A stretch of 46,522 bases of DNA from Candidatus Hydrogenedentales bacterium (GTDB taxonomy: Bacteria > Hydrogenedentota > Hydrogenedentia > Hydrogenedentales > JAEUWI01): contig JBIKMR010000001.1 of assembly GCA_044359155.1 (NCBI GenBank), forward strand, positions 1 to 46,522. The letters are read 5' to 3'. The notes under the pieces are model-generated. The model was given only the letters and a program-made list of their open reading frames with translations. It made no database searches and had not been told where the DNA came from. Below are positions 1 through 8,644 of this stretch, in pieces. Made by a program: the position numbers and the translations under genes. How positions within the stretch are numbered: position 1 is the first letter of the stretch; each line of letters starts with the position of its first letter.

Positions 1-66
1 TGGCGCAGCACGTGGCCGATAAATGGCACGGCAACGAAAAGCCTCCTCCGCCAGATGAACCCTGAC

Positions 67-1305
67 TTAGCCCTGCGTCACCACAAAACTGACGCTAGTG
101 GTGCCGCTGCCGCCAATGTTCAGCGTGGCCGCCGTGCGCGCACCCGGCACTTGGTACTCACCAGCCTTGCCGCTCACCTGCTTTGCCGCATCCAGCAACA
201 TGCGCACGCCGCTGGCCCCCACCGGGTGGCCCAGGCCAATCAGCCCGCCACTCGGGTTGATGGGCAGCCTGCCGCCAATGGCTATGTCGCCCGACTCGAT
301 GGCGCGCCAGCTTTCGCCGGGGGCCGTCAGCCCAAAGTGGTCAATCGCCATGTACTCCGTCGGCGTAAAGCAGTCGTGCACCTCGATCAGGTCCAGCCCC
401 CACACGTCGTCGACGCCCGCCCGCGTCATCGCGTCATACACGCAGCCGCGCACCTGCGGAAACACATAGGGCGAGCCCGCCGCGTCCGCTAGCTTGTCGT
501 CAAGGGTGATGCGTGCCGTGCGGTGGCCCCAGCCGCTGATGCGCGGCAGGTCCTCCAGCCCCATCCCCCGCTTGTCCGCATAGGCCCGCGCCACGGGTTC
601 CGACGCAAGGAACACCGCCGCGCCGCCGTCCGTCATCTGGCTGCAATCCTGCCGCCGAATGCGCCCGGCAATCACCGGGTTCACCTCGTCGTTCTCCGCG
701 AAGTGCTCCGGCGTAATCGCCCAGCCGCGCGTTTGCGCATTGGGGTTGCGCTTGGCATTTTCAAAATTGATGCGGCCAATCTCGGCCAGGTGCTCCCGCT
801 TGATCCCGAAGCGCTGGTCGTATTCGTCTGCCAGCCGGTTGAACATGCGCGGCCAAGGGAAATCCACCCCCGCGCATTCGCGCTCGTGCCACGCCGCCAC
901 GCCCAGGTGAGCCGCCGCTTCCTTCGTGGGGGCATGCCGTTCCAGTTCCACTCCCGCCACGCACACCAGCCCATGCCGCCCGGCCTCTATCTCCGCCATC
1001 GCAGCAAGCACCGCAATGCTGCCGCTGGCGCAGGCCGCCTCGTGCCGTGCCGTGGGCAAGCCGTTGAACGCGGGGTCCACTTCCAAAAAGAACGCGCCCA
1101 GGTGCCCCTGATAACAAAGCAGCTCCGCAGCGAAGTTGCCCACGTGTGCCGATTCCACCTGCCCCGGCTCGATGTCCGCCGCCTCCAGCGCACCGCCAAT
1201 AGTGTCCTGAAACAGGTCCACCAAGCCCCGCCCTGCCCGGCCATAATGCACCGAGAAATCGGTCTGGTATCCCCCAAGAATAAATACCGGCGCGCGCGTC
1301 GTCAT
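67..1305 (-). CDS. Thiolase-family protein (SCP-x / nonspecific lipid-transfer type acetyl-CoA acyltransferase-like)
   Basis: The translation has the thiolase fold pattern: PVFILGGYQTDF at the N-terminus, an active-site-like EAACASGS, and C-terminal NPSGGLIGLGHPVGASG plus NIGGSG. The maximal ORF starts with GTG at 1320. The ATG at 1305 (MTTRAP...) is preceded by a GGGAGC Shine-Dalgarno-like sequence and is preferred. Confidence 0.8.
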   Translation of the reverse strand: MTTRAPVFILGGYQTDFSVHYGRAGRGLVDLFQDTIGGALEAADIEPGQVESAHVGNFAAELLCYQGHLGAFFLEVDPAFNGLPTARHEAACASGSIAVLAAMAEIEAGRHGLVCVAGVELERHAPTKEAAAHLGVAAWHERECAGVDFPWPRMFNRLADEYDQRFGIKREHLAEIGRINFENAKRNPNAQTRGWAITPEHFAENDEVNPVIAGRIRRQDCSQMTDGGAAVFLASEPVARAYADKRGMGLEDLPRISGWGHRTARITLDDKLADAAGSPYVFPQVRGCVYDAMTRAGVDDVWGLDLIEVHDCFTPTEYMAIDHFGLTAPGESWRAIESGDIAIGGRLPINPSGGLIGLGHPVGASGVRMLLDAAKQVSGKAGEYQVPGARTAATLNIGGSGTTSVSFVVTQG

Positions 1306-1341
1306 AAAATCTGCTCCCACGTTATCAATGGCTCTTGTCCA

Positions 1342-1794
1342 TTATCCCTTTTCCATTCGCCCCCGCCACAACTCCGCAAGAATGACAATCCAAAAAGCCA
1401 GCACCGCCAGCGCCCCGATCACATGGGCAGCCAGCACAATGTTTTCCTGCCACGGCGCAGCGCCTGTGGCCCCGGCCTGTGCAGCCGCTATCGGCAACGT
1501 CTTCGCCGCGCCCCACCAGGAATTGGCCGCCTCGGACAGCGCCATCACCCACGCCCCCCAAGGGGCAAAGGTCAGCACGAGCTGAGATAGCCGTCCCCTG
1601 CCAAGGCCCGCATGGGCTATCACCAGCCCAGCCACAAGGAACATGACACCGTTCGTGGTGAACTGAATGTGCGCGCCCAACGCCAACCGGGGATACGGCG
1701 CCGCACCAATCGCCGCGCCGAAGAGCAACCCAAACACCATCATCCCCGCGCCATGCAGCAAGTTTGTCCGGCTAACGCGTTGCGAATCCAACAT
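1342..1794 (-). CDS. Small integral membrane protein (about 4 TM segments), function unknown; possibly hydroxylaminobenzene-mutase-like family
   Basis: 150-aa ORF made almost entirely of hydrophobic helices (GMMVFGLLFGAAIGAA, VMFLVAGLVIAHAGL, WGAWVMALSEAA, HVIGALAVLAFWIVILA). It lies co-directionally between the PLP enzyme and the thiolase. The family assignment is from memory only. Confidence 0.5.
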   Translation of the reverse strand: MLDSQRVSRTNLLHGAGMMVFGLLFGAAIGAAPYPRLALGAHIQFTTNGVMFLVAGLVIAHAGLGRGRLSQLVLTFAPWGAWVMALSEAANSWWGAAKTLPIAAAQAGATGAAPWQENIVLAAHVIGALAVLAFWIVILAELWRGRMEKG

Positions 1795-1857
1795 GACACA
1801 GTCCCTCCCGGTTACGGTTCATGCCCAAGCCACCGTATTCTAATCATCCACCCGCTC

Positions 1858-3048
1858 TTACAACAAACACATCCCGTCGCCGCGATAGGTGGTGGTTTCT
1901 CCGATGACTTCGCCGCCTTGGACGAGGAGGAGGGTGGTGAAGCGTTCGCAGAGTTCTCCGGCCTTGGCGTGGCGCATGAAGATGGGGTCGCCGATGGTGA
2001 GGGCTTCGGGGCCGGTGTATTGGATTGGGGTTTGCACTTCGCCTGCGCCTTCAAGGGGAAGCAGCTTGGCGCCGGTGGGAAGGAAGGGCTGTGGTTGGCG
2101 GTCCCACCCGGGGGGGCCGGAGGCGATGTAGCCGCCGCCGTGGCAGGTGAAGATGGCCTCGGTGGGGCGGCGGACGATCTCGATGGCGAACCCGGCGGCA
2201 GGCAGGTGGTGGAATTGCTTGTAGTGGTCGAAGAGGGTGGGGGAGTAGAAGCCGGAACCGGCGGTTACTTCGGTGACGACCCGTTCTTCGCGGGTGGATT
2301 CCAGCGAGCCGGTGCCCCCGCCATTTACCACTTTCAATTCGCACCCGGCTTTGCGCAGGGCATCCACCACGGCCTTGCGGCGGGCGCGCAGTTGGCGAAT
2401 CGAGCGGCCCTTGAGCATTCGCACCAGGGCGCTCTTGGCGAATGCGCCGGGCATCTGGTCTTGCACGCCCGCAATTTGGGCCTCGTATCCCATTAGGGCG
2501 TCGAGCCTCAGGTGGGGGCAGTCGCGGGAAATCTCGTACAGGCGCACGGCCTGCTCGGGCGTGGTGACCCCGCTGCGGCGGACGCCAAAGTGTAGGCCGG
2601 GCAGGGACATGGACATGTCGAGGTCGATGCAGACGGGGATGGTGACGCCCTGTTGCGCGGCCACCTCTTCGAGGAATTCGAGGTGCTCCTCGAGGTCCAC
2701 CATCAGGCGGATGGTCTTGCCTGCGCGGAGGACGTCCGCAAATCCCGCAGCGCGGGCTTCGCTCCACACGGGGTAGGCGACAAGGATGTTGTCGAATCCG
2801 TTGCCCGCCAGGTGCACGGCTTCACGCACGCTGAAGGCCATGATGGAGTGGAATTGGGGGGAGGCGTCGAAGATGCGGCGCAGCATACCCAGGCTGCGCA
2901 CCGATTTTGAAGCCACGCAGACAGGCATGGTGCCTGCGCGCGCGGCAATGTCGCGCACATTCTTGTCGAAGCTGTCCAAGTCCACGTAGGCGAATGGCAA
3001 CATTCGTCCGCGAAACGCTTCCCGCAAATCCCGATAGGCCTTGTCCAA
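1858..3048 (-). CDS. PLP-dependent alanine-racemase-fold enzyme (D-serine deaminase / D-threonine aldolase-like amino-acid deaminase/aldolase)
   Basis: N-terminal ...AYVDLDSFDKNVRDIA...PVCVASKSVRS contains a candidate PLP lysine. This is followed by the TIM-barrel pattern (ILVAYP, IRLMVDLE, CIDLDMS, LMGYEAQIAG) and a C-terminal beta domain. The start is either TTG at 3048 or ATG at 3003. Confidence 0.7.
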   Translation of the reverse strand: MDKAYRDLREAFRGRMLPFAYVDLDSFDKNVRDIAARAGTMPVCVASKSVRSLGMLRRIFDASPQFHSIMAFSVREAVHLAGNGFDNILVAYPVWSEARAAGFADVLRAGKTIRLMVDLEEHLEFLEEVAAQQGVTIPVCIDLDMSMSLPGLHFGVRRSGVTTPEQAVRLYEISRDCPHLRLDALMGYEAQIAGVQDQMPGAFAKSALVRMLKGRSIRQLRARRKAVVDALRKAGCELKVVNGGGTGSLESTREERVVTEVTAGSGFYSPTLFDHYKQFHHLPAAGFAIEIVRRPTEAIFTCHGGGYIASGPPGWDRQPQPFLPTGAKLLPLEGAGEVQTPIQYTGPEALTIGDPIFMRHAKAGELCERFTTLLLVQGGEVIGETTTYRGDGMCLL

Positions 3049-3143
3049 AGCAACATCTCCTGAGCAATCCGCTCAAACTACACGACTTACCTACCCTTTG
3101 CCAAGTGTCTTATTTTGTGGGCGATTGCATATAAACAGACCAT

Positions 3144-3172
3144 TTGATTTGTATGCTTAACTTTTGTAAGAT
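3144..3172 (+). promoter_or_regulatory. Sigma70-like promoter candidate for the DUF1559 gene (TTGATT-17 nt-TAAGAT)
   Basis: Sits in the markedly A/T-rich 184-bp divergent intergenic region 3049-3232. Hexamers are spaced 17 nt apart, and an AAGGA RBS lies just upstream of the GTG start at 3233. Confidence 0.3.
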
Positions 3173-3232
3173 CAAGCAAGTTGTTAACTTTATCTACCAA
3201 GTTTTCTATAACCAAACAAAAGGATTCTAGTT

Positions 3233-4201
3233 GTGAACAAGAACCGAGGCTTTACTCTAATTGAATTGCTGGTGGTCATTGCGATCATTGGCATATTGGC
3301 AGCCATCCTGTTGCCTGCTTTGGCCCGCGCCCGCGAGGCGGCGCGTCGTGCCAGCTGCCAGAACAACCTGAAGCAGTGGGGCCTGGTGTTCAAGATGTAC
3401 TCGAACGAATCGCGCGGGGAACGCTTTCCCAAGATGCAGACTTCCTGGGAACCCATTGTAGACTGCGACACCGGGGCGGTGGTTTTCCCCGGCCTACCGT
3501 TTACAGGGGCACCCACCCATTACCTGAACCCCCAGATGAGCGACGTGTACCCCGAGTACATCACGGACTCGGCGATTGCCGTGTGCCCATCGTCGGCCAA
3601 GCTGGCGGTGGATGACCTGCATGGGCCGACGGGGAGCGAGTCCCACATGGTATGCCACAGCCCGGTGCGGGGTCCGACCTTCACCCAGTTTGATGGCGAG
3701 CGAGGGCTGATGCTGATGGACGAGGCTTACTGGTACACGGGCTACGTGTATGATCAGTTGAAGCCGAATTCCCCTCGCGCGGACATTTCCGAACTGGCGA
3801 GCGCCTCGGTGGAAGATGGTCCCGCCCAGCTGGTGCATGGCTTGGGCGACGCCATCGGCGGGTTCTTCGGTGGCGTGGTGGGCGAAGACCTCGACCTGTC
3901 GCAGCATGGCACCGGCATTGGCAATGCGGGTGGGGACATCCTCTACCGCCTGCGCGAGGGCATCGAGCGTTTCCTGATTACCGATATCAACAATCCCTCC
4001 GCGTCGGCCAAGGCGCAGAGCGAAGTTTTTATCATGATGGATCGCCTGAGCACCGTGGTGGAAGACTTCAACCATGTGCCCGGTGGCGCGAACGTGCTGT
4101 ATCTTGACGGGCATGTCCAGTACATTCGGTTCAATAAACAGGAACCGGTGCTGCCTGATGTGGCCCTGGTGTTTGGCGAGATGACCACGCACGGTGGCTG
4201 A
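3233..4201 (+). CDS. DUF1559-type pseudopilin (prepilin-type N-terminal cleavage/methylation domain protein)
   Basis: N-terminus [48 protein letters not shown] is the canonical prepilin methylation motif plus the DUF1559 helix. The C-terminal [18 protein letters not shown] resembles the H-X9-DG motif of this family. GTG start. Confidence 0.85.
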   Translation: MNKNRGFTLIELLVVIAIIGILAAILLPALARAREAARRASCQNNLKQWGLVFKMYSNESRGERFPKMQTSWEPIVDCDTGAVVFPGLPFTGAPTHYLNPQMSDVYPEYITDSAIAVCPSSAKLAVDDLHGPTGSESHMVCHSPVRGPTFTQFDGERGLMLMDEAYWYTGYVYDQLKPNSPRADISELASASVEDGPAQLVHGLGDAIGGFFGGVVGEDLDLSQHGTGIGNAGGDILYRLREGIERFLITDINNPSASAKAQSEVFIMMDRLSTVVEDFNHVPGGANVLYLDGHVQYIRFNKQEPVLPDVALVFGEMTTHGG

Positions 4202-4253
4202 TAGGCTGCTTGCGAGTTAAGAATCATTCAAACGACGGAGAAAGAAAGTAGTT

Positions 4254-5219
4254 ATGAAGAGCACATTGAAACTTATTGCCCTGACTGTATCGCTGGGATT
4301 GGCCGGCGTGGCGCTTGCGGCTGCGCCTCCCAAGAAAGACCGCGACGCCATCCTCGCCATGGCGGGCGACTATGCGGTGAAGTTCAGTTTTACCGAGACG
4401 CTGACCTTTGACGCTAACCGCGAGCCTAGCCCCGTGGATGTGACGGAAGCCCGCGAGCATGTGCTGGTGGTGGAAGACAGTTCTGAGTTCATCAGCCTGC
4501 AGCACCTGTTGGTGGTTGAGGCTGAGGGACAGAAGATGATCATCAAGCACTGGCGGCAGGACTGGCAGTATGAGCCCAAGATGGTGACCGAGTATCGCGG
4601 CTTGGGCCAGTGGGACAGGGTGAAACTGAAGGCGCGCGACGTGAAGGGCGCATGGTCGCAGACGGTATTCCAGGTGGACGATAGCCCGCGCTACGGCGGG
4701 GTGGGCACGTGGCGGCACGAGGGTGGGCTTTCGTTCTGGGAAGCCCGCGAAACGTACCGCCCTCTGCCCCGGCGCGAGACTGCGCAGCACAAGTTCTACG
4801 ACGTTCTGGTGGGCACCAACCGCCACACGATCACGCCCAAGGGCTGGGCACACGAACAGGACAACTATAAGCTGGACCTGGATGAGAAGGGCAACCGCAT
4901 CATTGCGCGCGAAACCGGGCTTAACACGTATGACCGAATCAGCGATTACGACTTCACCCCGGCCAAGGAATACTGGGACGCCACGGCGGAATTCTGGACA
5001 GGCGTGCGCGCCCGCTGGAATGAAGTGCTGACGACGCAGCCCAGCATCACGCTGCGCAACGACGGACGCTCGATCAACCGGAAGATTCTCGGCATGGCCG
5101 ACGAATTGCGCGAGGGCAAGTTTGCCACGCTGGACGAGGCGCTGGCCGCGTTTAACGCTAAGCTGGACGCCGCGCTGGCAGGCGACGAAGAACCCGAAGA
5201 AGAGCGCCCGGCACACTAA
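4254..5219 (+). CDS. Secreted hypothetical protein (Sec signal peptide)
   Basis: MKSTLKLIALTVSLGLAGVALAAAP is signal-peptide-like. A GGAGAAAG RBS lies upstream and the amino-acid composition is realistic. The mirror ORF 4224..5222 on the minus strand has an R/A/G/V-rich, artefact-like composition. No family recognised. Confidence 0.6.
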   Translation: MKSTLKLIALTVSLGLAGVALAAAPPKKDRDAILAMAGDYAVKFSFTETLTFDANREPSPVDVTEAREHVLVVEDSSEFISLQHLLVVEAEGQKMIIKHWRQDWQYEPKMVTEYRGLGQWDRVKLKARDVKGAWSQTVFQVDDSPRYGGVGTWRHEGGLSFWEARETYRPLPRRETAQHKFYDVLVGTNRHTITPKGWAHEQDNYKLDLDEKGNRIIARETGLNTYDRISDYDFTPAKEYWDATAEFWTGVRARWNEVLTTQPSITLRNDGRSINRKILGMADELREGKFATLDEALAAFNAKLDAALAGDEEPEEERPAH

Positions 5220-5233
5220 CATCCGCTCCGTCT

Positions 5234-5283
5234 CAAGGGCCTTGGTTGTTGCCTTCCCCCCGATGGCGCAACCGAGGCCCTTG
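5234..5283. terminator. Candidate bidirectional stem-loop between convergent genes
   Basis: caagggcc (5234-5241) pairs with ggcccttg (5276-5283). An inner ggttg...caacc and gcc...ggc pairing extends the stem. It sits between the stop at 5219 (+) and the stop at 5286 (-). There is no clear U-tract. Confidence 0.3.
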
Positions 5284-5285
5284 TC

Positions 5286-6113
5286 TTATTTCTTCACGTG
5301 AAATGTGAGGAAGAACCCGCAGCGGTCGTGACCGAGGACACAGGCCAACAACCGTGCCACTGCACGGGCGGGCAGCGGCTTGTTGTAGAGCAGGTCGTAG
5401 CGGTTGACGGTGGCGCGCAACTCGATGATTTCCAGGTCGAGCGCTTCGAGCAGGGTGCGAACTTCCCCCAGCGTGTAGCCCTTGGTGCCGGGGCTTTCCA
5501 TGTGGTGGTGCAGAACCTGGGCAAAGCTCATCCATGGTTTTCCCCGCAACAGGGCAAAGCGTCCCCAGCGGTAGAAGGTGTGGAGCGAATGGCGGTTGTA
5601 GATCATCGCCTTGATCTCGCCGCCGGGACGGGTTACGCGCACCAGTTCTTCCAGCGCGCGCACCGTGCTGGGGGAATGGTGAATCACCCCCCACGAGTAG
5701 ACCAGGTCGAAGTGGTTGTCGGGGTGGGGGAGATGTTCCGCGTCGCCTACTTGCACTTCGGCGCTCAGCCCATAGACCGCCAGCCGCTGCTGCACATGGT
5801 CCACCGCCTCCTGCGTCAGGTCCACGCCGTGGGCTTCCGCGCCCGCCCGCACCCATTGCAGAAAGTCCGTTCCCGCGCCTACCCCCACCTCTAGCACGCG
5901 CTTGCCGTGGTAGCGGGTGAACTGCGCGAAGGAAAATATGTAGGGCTCGCTCTCGTAGCGGAAGGCCTCGATCTCGTCGAAGTAGGCACGAGTAAACTTC
6001 TCCGCATTGGCAGCATCCGTGCCGCAGGATTGCGCATTCCAGTAGTCGCGCACGGCATCCTTCAGTTCCGGCTTCACCGCCTCGGGGGATTCCTGTTGCT
6101 GCATGTCGCTCAT
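5286..6113 (-). CDS. Class I SAM-dependent methyltransferase
   Basis: Motif I VLEVGVGAGTDFLQW, followed by GDAEHLPHPDNHFDLVYSWGVIHH and RVTRPGGE. Its ATG overlaps the stop of the upstream glycosyltransferase (ATGA at 6110-6113). Confidence 0.8.
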   Translation of the reverse strand: MSDMQQQESPEAVKPELKDAVRDYWNAQSCGTDAANAEKFTRAYFDEIEAFRYESEPYIFSFAQFTRYHGKRVLEVGVGAGTDFLQWVRAGAEAHGVDLTQEAVDHVQQRLAVYGLSAEVQVGDAEHLPHPDNHFDLVYSWGVIHHSPSTVRALEELVRVTRPGGEIKAMIYNRHSLHTFYRWGRFALLRGKPWMSFAQVLHHHMESPGTKGYTLGEVRTLLEALDLEIIELRATVNRYDLLYNKPLPARAVARLLACVLGHDRCGFFLTFHVKK

Positions 6114-7222
6114 GCGGAAACCTTCTCGATTACGGAGAGCAGCTTGGGGTAATTCGCCTCGTGCGAATAGCGGGCGATGACGCGTTCCCGGGCGGCCCGG
6201 CCCATGCGTTCGCGCAGGGCGGGGTTAGAGATTAAGGCGCGCAGCTTCTCTTCCCATGCCTCGGGTGTGTCTGCCAGGCAGCCGTCCACCCCATCCTCGA
6301 TGATGTCCGAGTTCATGCCGACGGGGCTGATGACGCAAGGCGTGCCCACGCCCATGTATTGCAACGCCTTGAAGGCGCACTTGCCGCGCGTCGATGGCGT
6401 GTCGAGCAGGGGCATCAGGCCGATGTCCGGTGCTTGCAGGTACCACACTTCGCGCCCAGGTTCCCAGTGGTGGTTCTCCACCTCGACCCCATCGAGTTCG
6501 TATGGCTTGCCCGTGGCCACCAGCAGCTTTATGGGAAACTCCTTCGCCAGCTTTTGCAACACGGGCTCGATGGCCTGCATGTTCACGAGGTTGGTGTAGA
6601 GGCCGGTCCAGCCGAGTACCACAGGCTCGCCCGCGCCGCGCTGCGGATAGGTCTTCTGCGTGTGGGTGTCCATGTCGATGCAGGTGGGGATGACGGTGGT
6701 TTCGGGAGATAGCCCTAACACCTGCTCGGCCAGGTACTCGTTCCCCACGATGCCATGCCGCGACAGGGCGGCCACCTTCCAGAGCCAGTTCAAATCCACC
6801 AGTTTCTGAAAGGCGCTGTCCACACCGTCGGGCGCTACCCATACGGCGTCGTCAATGTCGTAAACCATGCGGTCGTTCAGCAAGGAGCAGAGGCGTTCGA
6901 GCAGGGGAGGGCCATAGCCGCCATACATCAGCGAACCCCGGATGATGACGACGTCCGCACCAATGACGTGGCGCATCTGCGCCAGCCGCGCGAGCAGGCA
7001 CCACAACAGGTAGGCCACCTTGCCCGCGCGCACGTTGTGCACCCAGAGCCGTTCCCACACCGCGTGCGAACTGGGCAGGCAGACGCGGCAGTCGTAGCCG
7101 TCCGCCTCGAGCATCTCGGCAAACTTGAGCACGCGATAGCGGATCGCCGCAATGTTGGTGGCGGCGTTGCCAAAAAAAACGATGCGCTTTTTACGGCGCG
7201 CTGGCTGAATTAGTGGTTGCAT
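6110..7222 (-). CDS. Glycosyltransferase, GT4/GT1-like (GT-B fold)
   Basis: RIVFFGNAATNIAAIRYRV at the N-terminus. The C-terminal domain has VVLGWTG...LLVATG...GKCAFKALQYMGVGTPCVISPVGMNSDIIEDGVDGCLA. The maximal ORF reaches 7501 with an implausible Cys/Arg-rich leader, so the start was placed at the ATG at 7222 (MQPLIQPARRKKRIVFFGN). Confidence 0.75.
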   Translation of the reverse strand: MQPLIQPARRKKRIVFFGNAATNIAAIRYRVLKFAEMLEADGYDCRVCLPSSHAVWERLWVHNVRAGKVAYLLWCLLARLAQMRHVIGADVVIIRGSLMYGGYGPPLLERLCSLLNDRMVYDIDDAVWVAPDGVDSAFQKLVDLNWLWKVAALSRHGIVGNEYLAEQVLGLSPETTVIPTCIDMDTHTQKTYPQRGAGEPVVLGWTGLYTNLVNMQAIEPVLQKLAKEFPIKLLVATGKPYELDGVEVENHHWEPGREVWYLQAPDIGLMPLLDTPSTRGKCAFKALQYMGVGTPCVISPVGMNSDIIEDGVDGCLADTPEAWEEKLRALISNPALRERMGRAARERVIARYSHEANYPKLLSVIEKVSA

Positions 7223-7316
7223 GATTTCGGGGGTATGGTATACTTTCCGCGAGCCGGGGCTTGATACGCGCCACGTTCGCATGTGCGCACCTTCTCGATA
7301 TCCTAAGGGGATTCTC

Positions 7317-7664
7317 ATGAGAGAACCAAGCCCGCTCGTCCCTTCCCGTATTTCCACCACTTCGTCGGCCACACTGCACCTGCGCTCCGGCAACGTGGTG
7401 CAGGGCGCGTTGCACCGCGTCAGCGTGAACGGCCTGCACCTGCACATGGATGATCCCCCGAGGGAGCACGGCCCGTGCCGTGTGGGGCTACGCGTGACCA
7501 CCGAGGGCCGCGCCTTGGAAGTTCAGTGCCTGGGCAGTATCATCAGCAGGCACGATGCCGGGGTGGTGGTTCACATCGAGTCCGTGGCGGGGGTCGATAG
7601 TCTCGACCACCTCCGCGCTCTCGTGCACGACGCGCCCTTGGTGGCATTTAAGAAAGCAAAATAG
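7317..7664 (+). CDS. Small PilZ-like domain protein (degenerate RxxxR motif)
   Basis: 115 aa starting at MREPSP. GALHRVSVNGLHLHM resembles the PilZ (D/N)xSxxG strand, followed by the beta-strand pattern CRVGLRV...EVQCLGSIISR...VVVHIES. The upstream RxxxR is not intact (only PSR). High GC at codon position 3 supports coding. Confidence 0.35.
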   Translation: MREPSPLVPSRISTTSSATLHLRSGNVVQGALHRVSVNGLHLHMDDPPREHGPCRVGLRVTTEGRALEVQCLGSIISRHDAGVVVHIESVAGVDSLDHLRALVHDAPLVAFKKAK

Positions 7665-7703
7665 CGGAGGGCGATTCGACGCCCTCACGAGAGGGGAATC
7701 GCC

Positions 7704-8639
7704 ATGTCCGCATCCAGTTCATTTACTCGCCGGGGTTTCCTCGGCGCAACGGGCCTTGCCGTGCTCGGGGCGGCGGGAGCTTCAAGTGCTGCCACGCCCG
7801 TTGCGAGGGAAGTGGCAGGCGCGCGCATGAAGGTGAGCTTAGCCGCCTATTCCTTCAACCGGCTGCTGCCGCGCCGTGGAGACGCGGACAGCCAGCAGAA
7901 GGCAAAGATGCGGATTGAGGACTTCGTGCAATTCTGCGCAGAGCAGGGCCTCGGCGCGTGTGAGCCCACGGGGTATTACTTTCCGCAGGAGATCACGCCG
8001 GAGTACCTGCAAGGATTCAAGGCGCTCTGCTTCCGCAATGGGCTGGACATATCCGGCACGGCGATTGGCAACGATTTCTGCAAACCCGAAGGCCCCGAGT
8101 GGGATGCAGAACTGGCGATGACAAAGGAATGGATCGACCATGCCGCCCTGATGGGCGCGCCGCACATCCGCATCTTCGCGGGCAACGTGCCAGACGGCGA
8201 CACCGAAGAAGCTGCCGTGGCAAGGGCCGTGCGCGGCATCAACGAATCCCTCAAGTACGCCGCCGAGAAGGGGGTGTTCCTTGGTCTGGAGAACCACGGC
8301 GGCGTGACCGCAACGTCGGAGCAGTTGCTGCGCATCATCGCGTCGGTGGATGCCTCCCCTTGGTTCGGGGTCAATTTCGACAGCGGCAATTTCCGCACGG
8401 CGGACCCCTATGCCGACCTGGAGAAGATAGCGCCGTATGCGGTGAACGCGCAGTTGAAGGTATCCATGCACCCAAACGATGGCAAGGCCGAGCGCGCGGA
8501 CTTCAAGCGCATTCTCGACATCCTCAAGGGCGCGGGCTATCGCGGGTACGTGGCGCTTGAATACGAGGATTCCGCCGATCCCTTCAAGGCCATACCGGTA
8601 TTGCTGGACGAGATCCGCACGGCCTTGGGCGAGGGCTGA
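7704..8639 (+). CDS. Sugar phosphate isomerase/epimerase (xylose-isomerase-like TIM barrel) with twin-arginine signal
   Basis: Tat motif FTRRGFLGATGLAVLGAAGASSAA. AP-endonuclease-2/xylose-isomerase-like pattern: GAPHIRIFAG, LGLENHGG, GVNFDSGNF, GYRGYVALEYE. Confidence 0.8.
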   Translation: MSASSSFTRRGFLGATGLAVLGAAGASSAATPVAREVAGARMKVSLAAYSFNRLLPRRGDADSQQKAKMRIEDFVQFCAEQGLGACEPTGYYFPQEITPEYLQGFKALCFRNGLDISGTAIGNDFCKPEGPEWDAELAMTKEWIDHAALMGAPHIRIFAGNVPDGDTEEAAVARAVRGINESLKYAAEKGVFLGLENHGGVTATSEQLLRIIASVDASPWFGVNFDSGNFRTADPYADLEKIAPYAVNAQLKVSMHPNDGKAERADFKRILDILKGAGYRGYVALEYEDSADPFKAIPVLLDEIRTALGEG

Positions 8640-8644
8640 GTGAC

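Noticed and set aside
1-66. Possible 3'-truncated minus-strand gene downstream of the thiolase, such as the DUF35/OB-fold partner usual for SCP-x-type thiolases.
   Set aside because: Only 66 nt are visible and no frame shows a recognisable start or motif. The segment also contains a partial copy of the cagatgaac repeat, which suggests it is intergenic.
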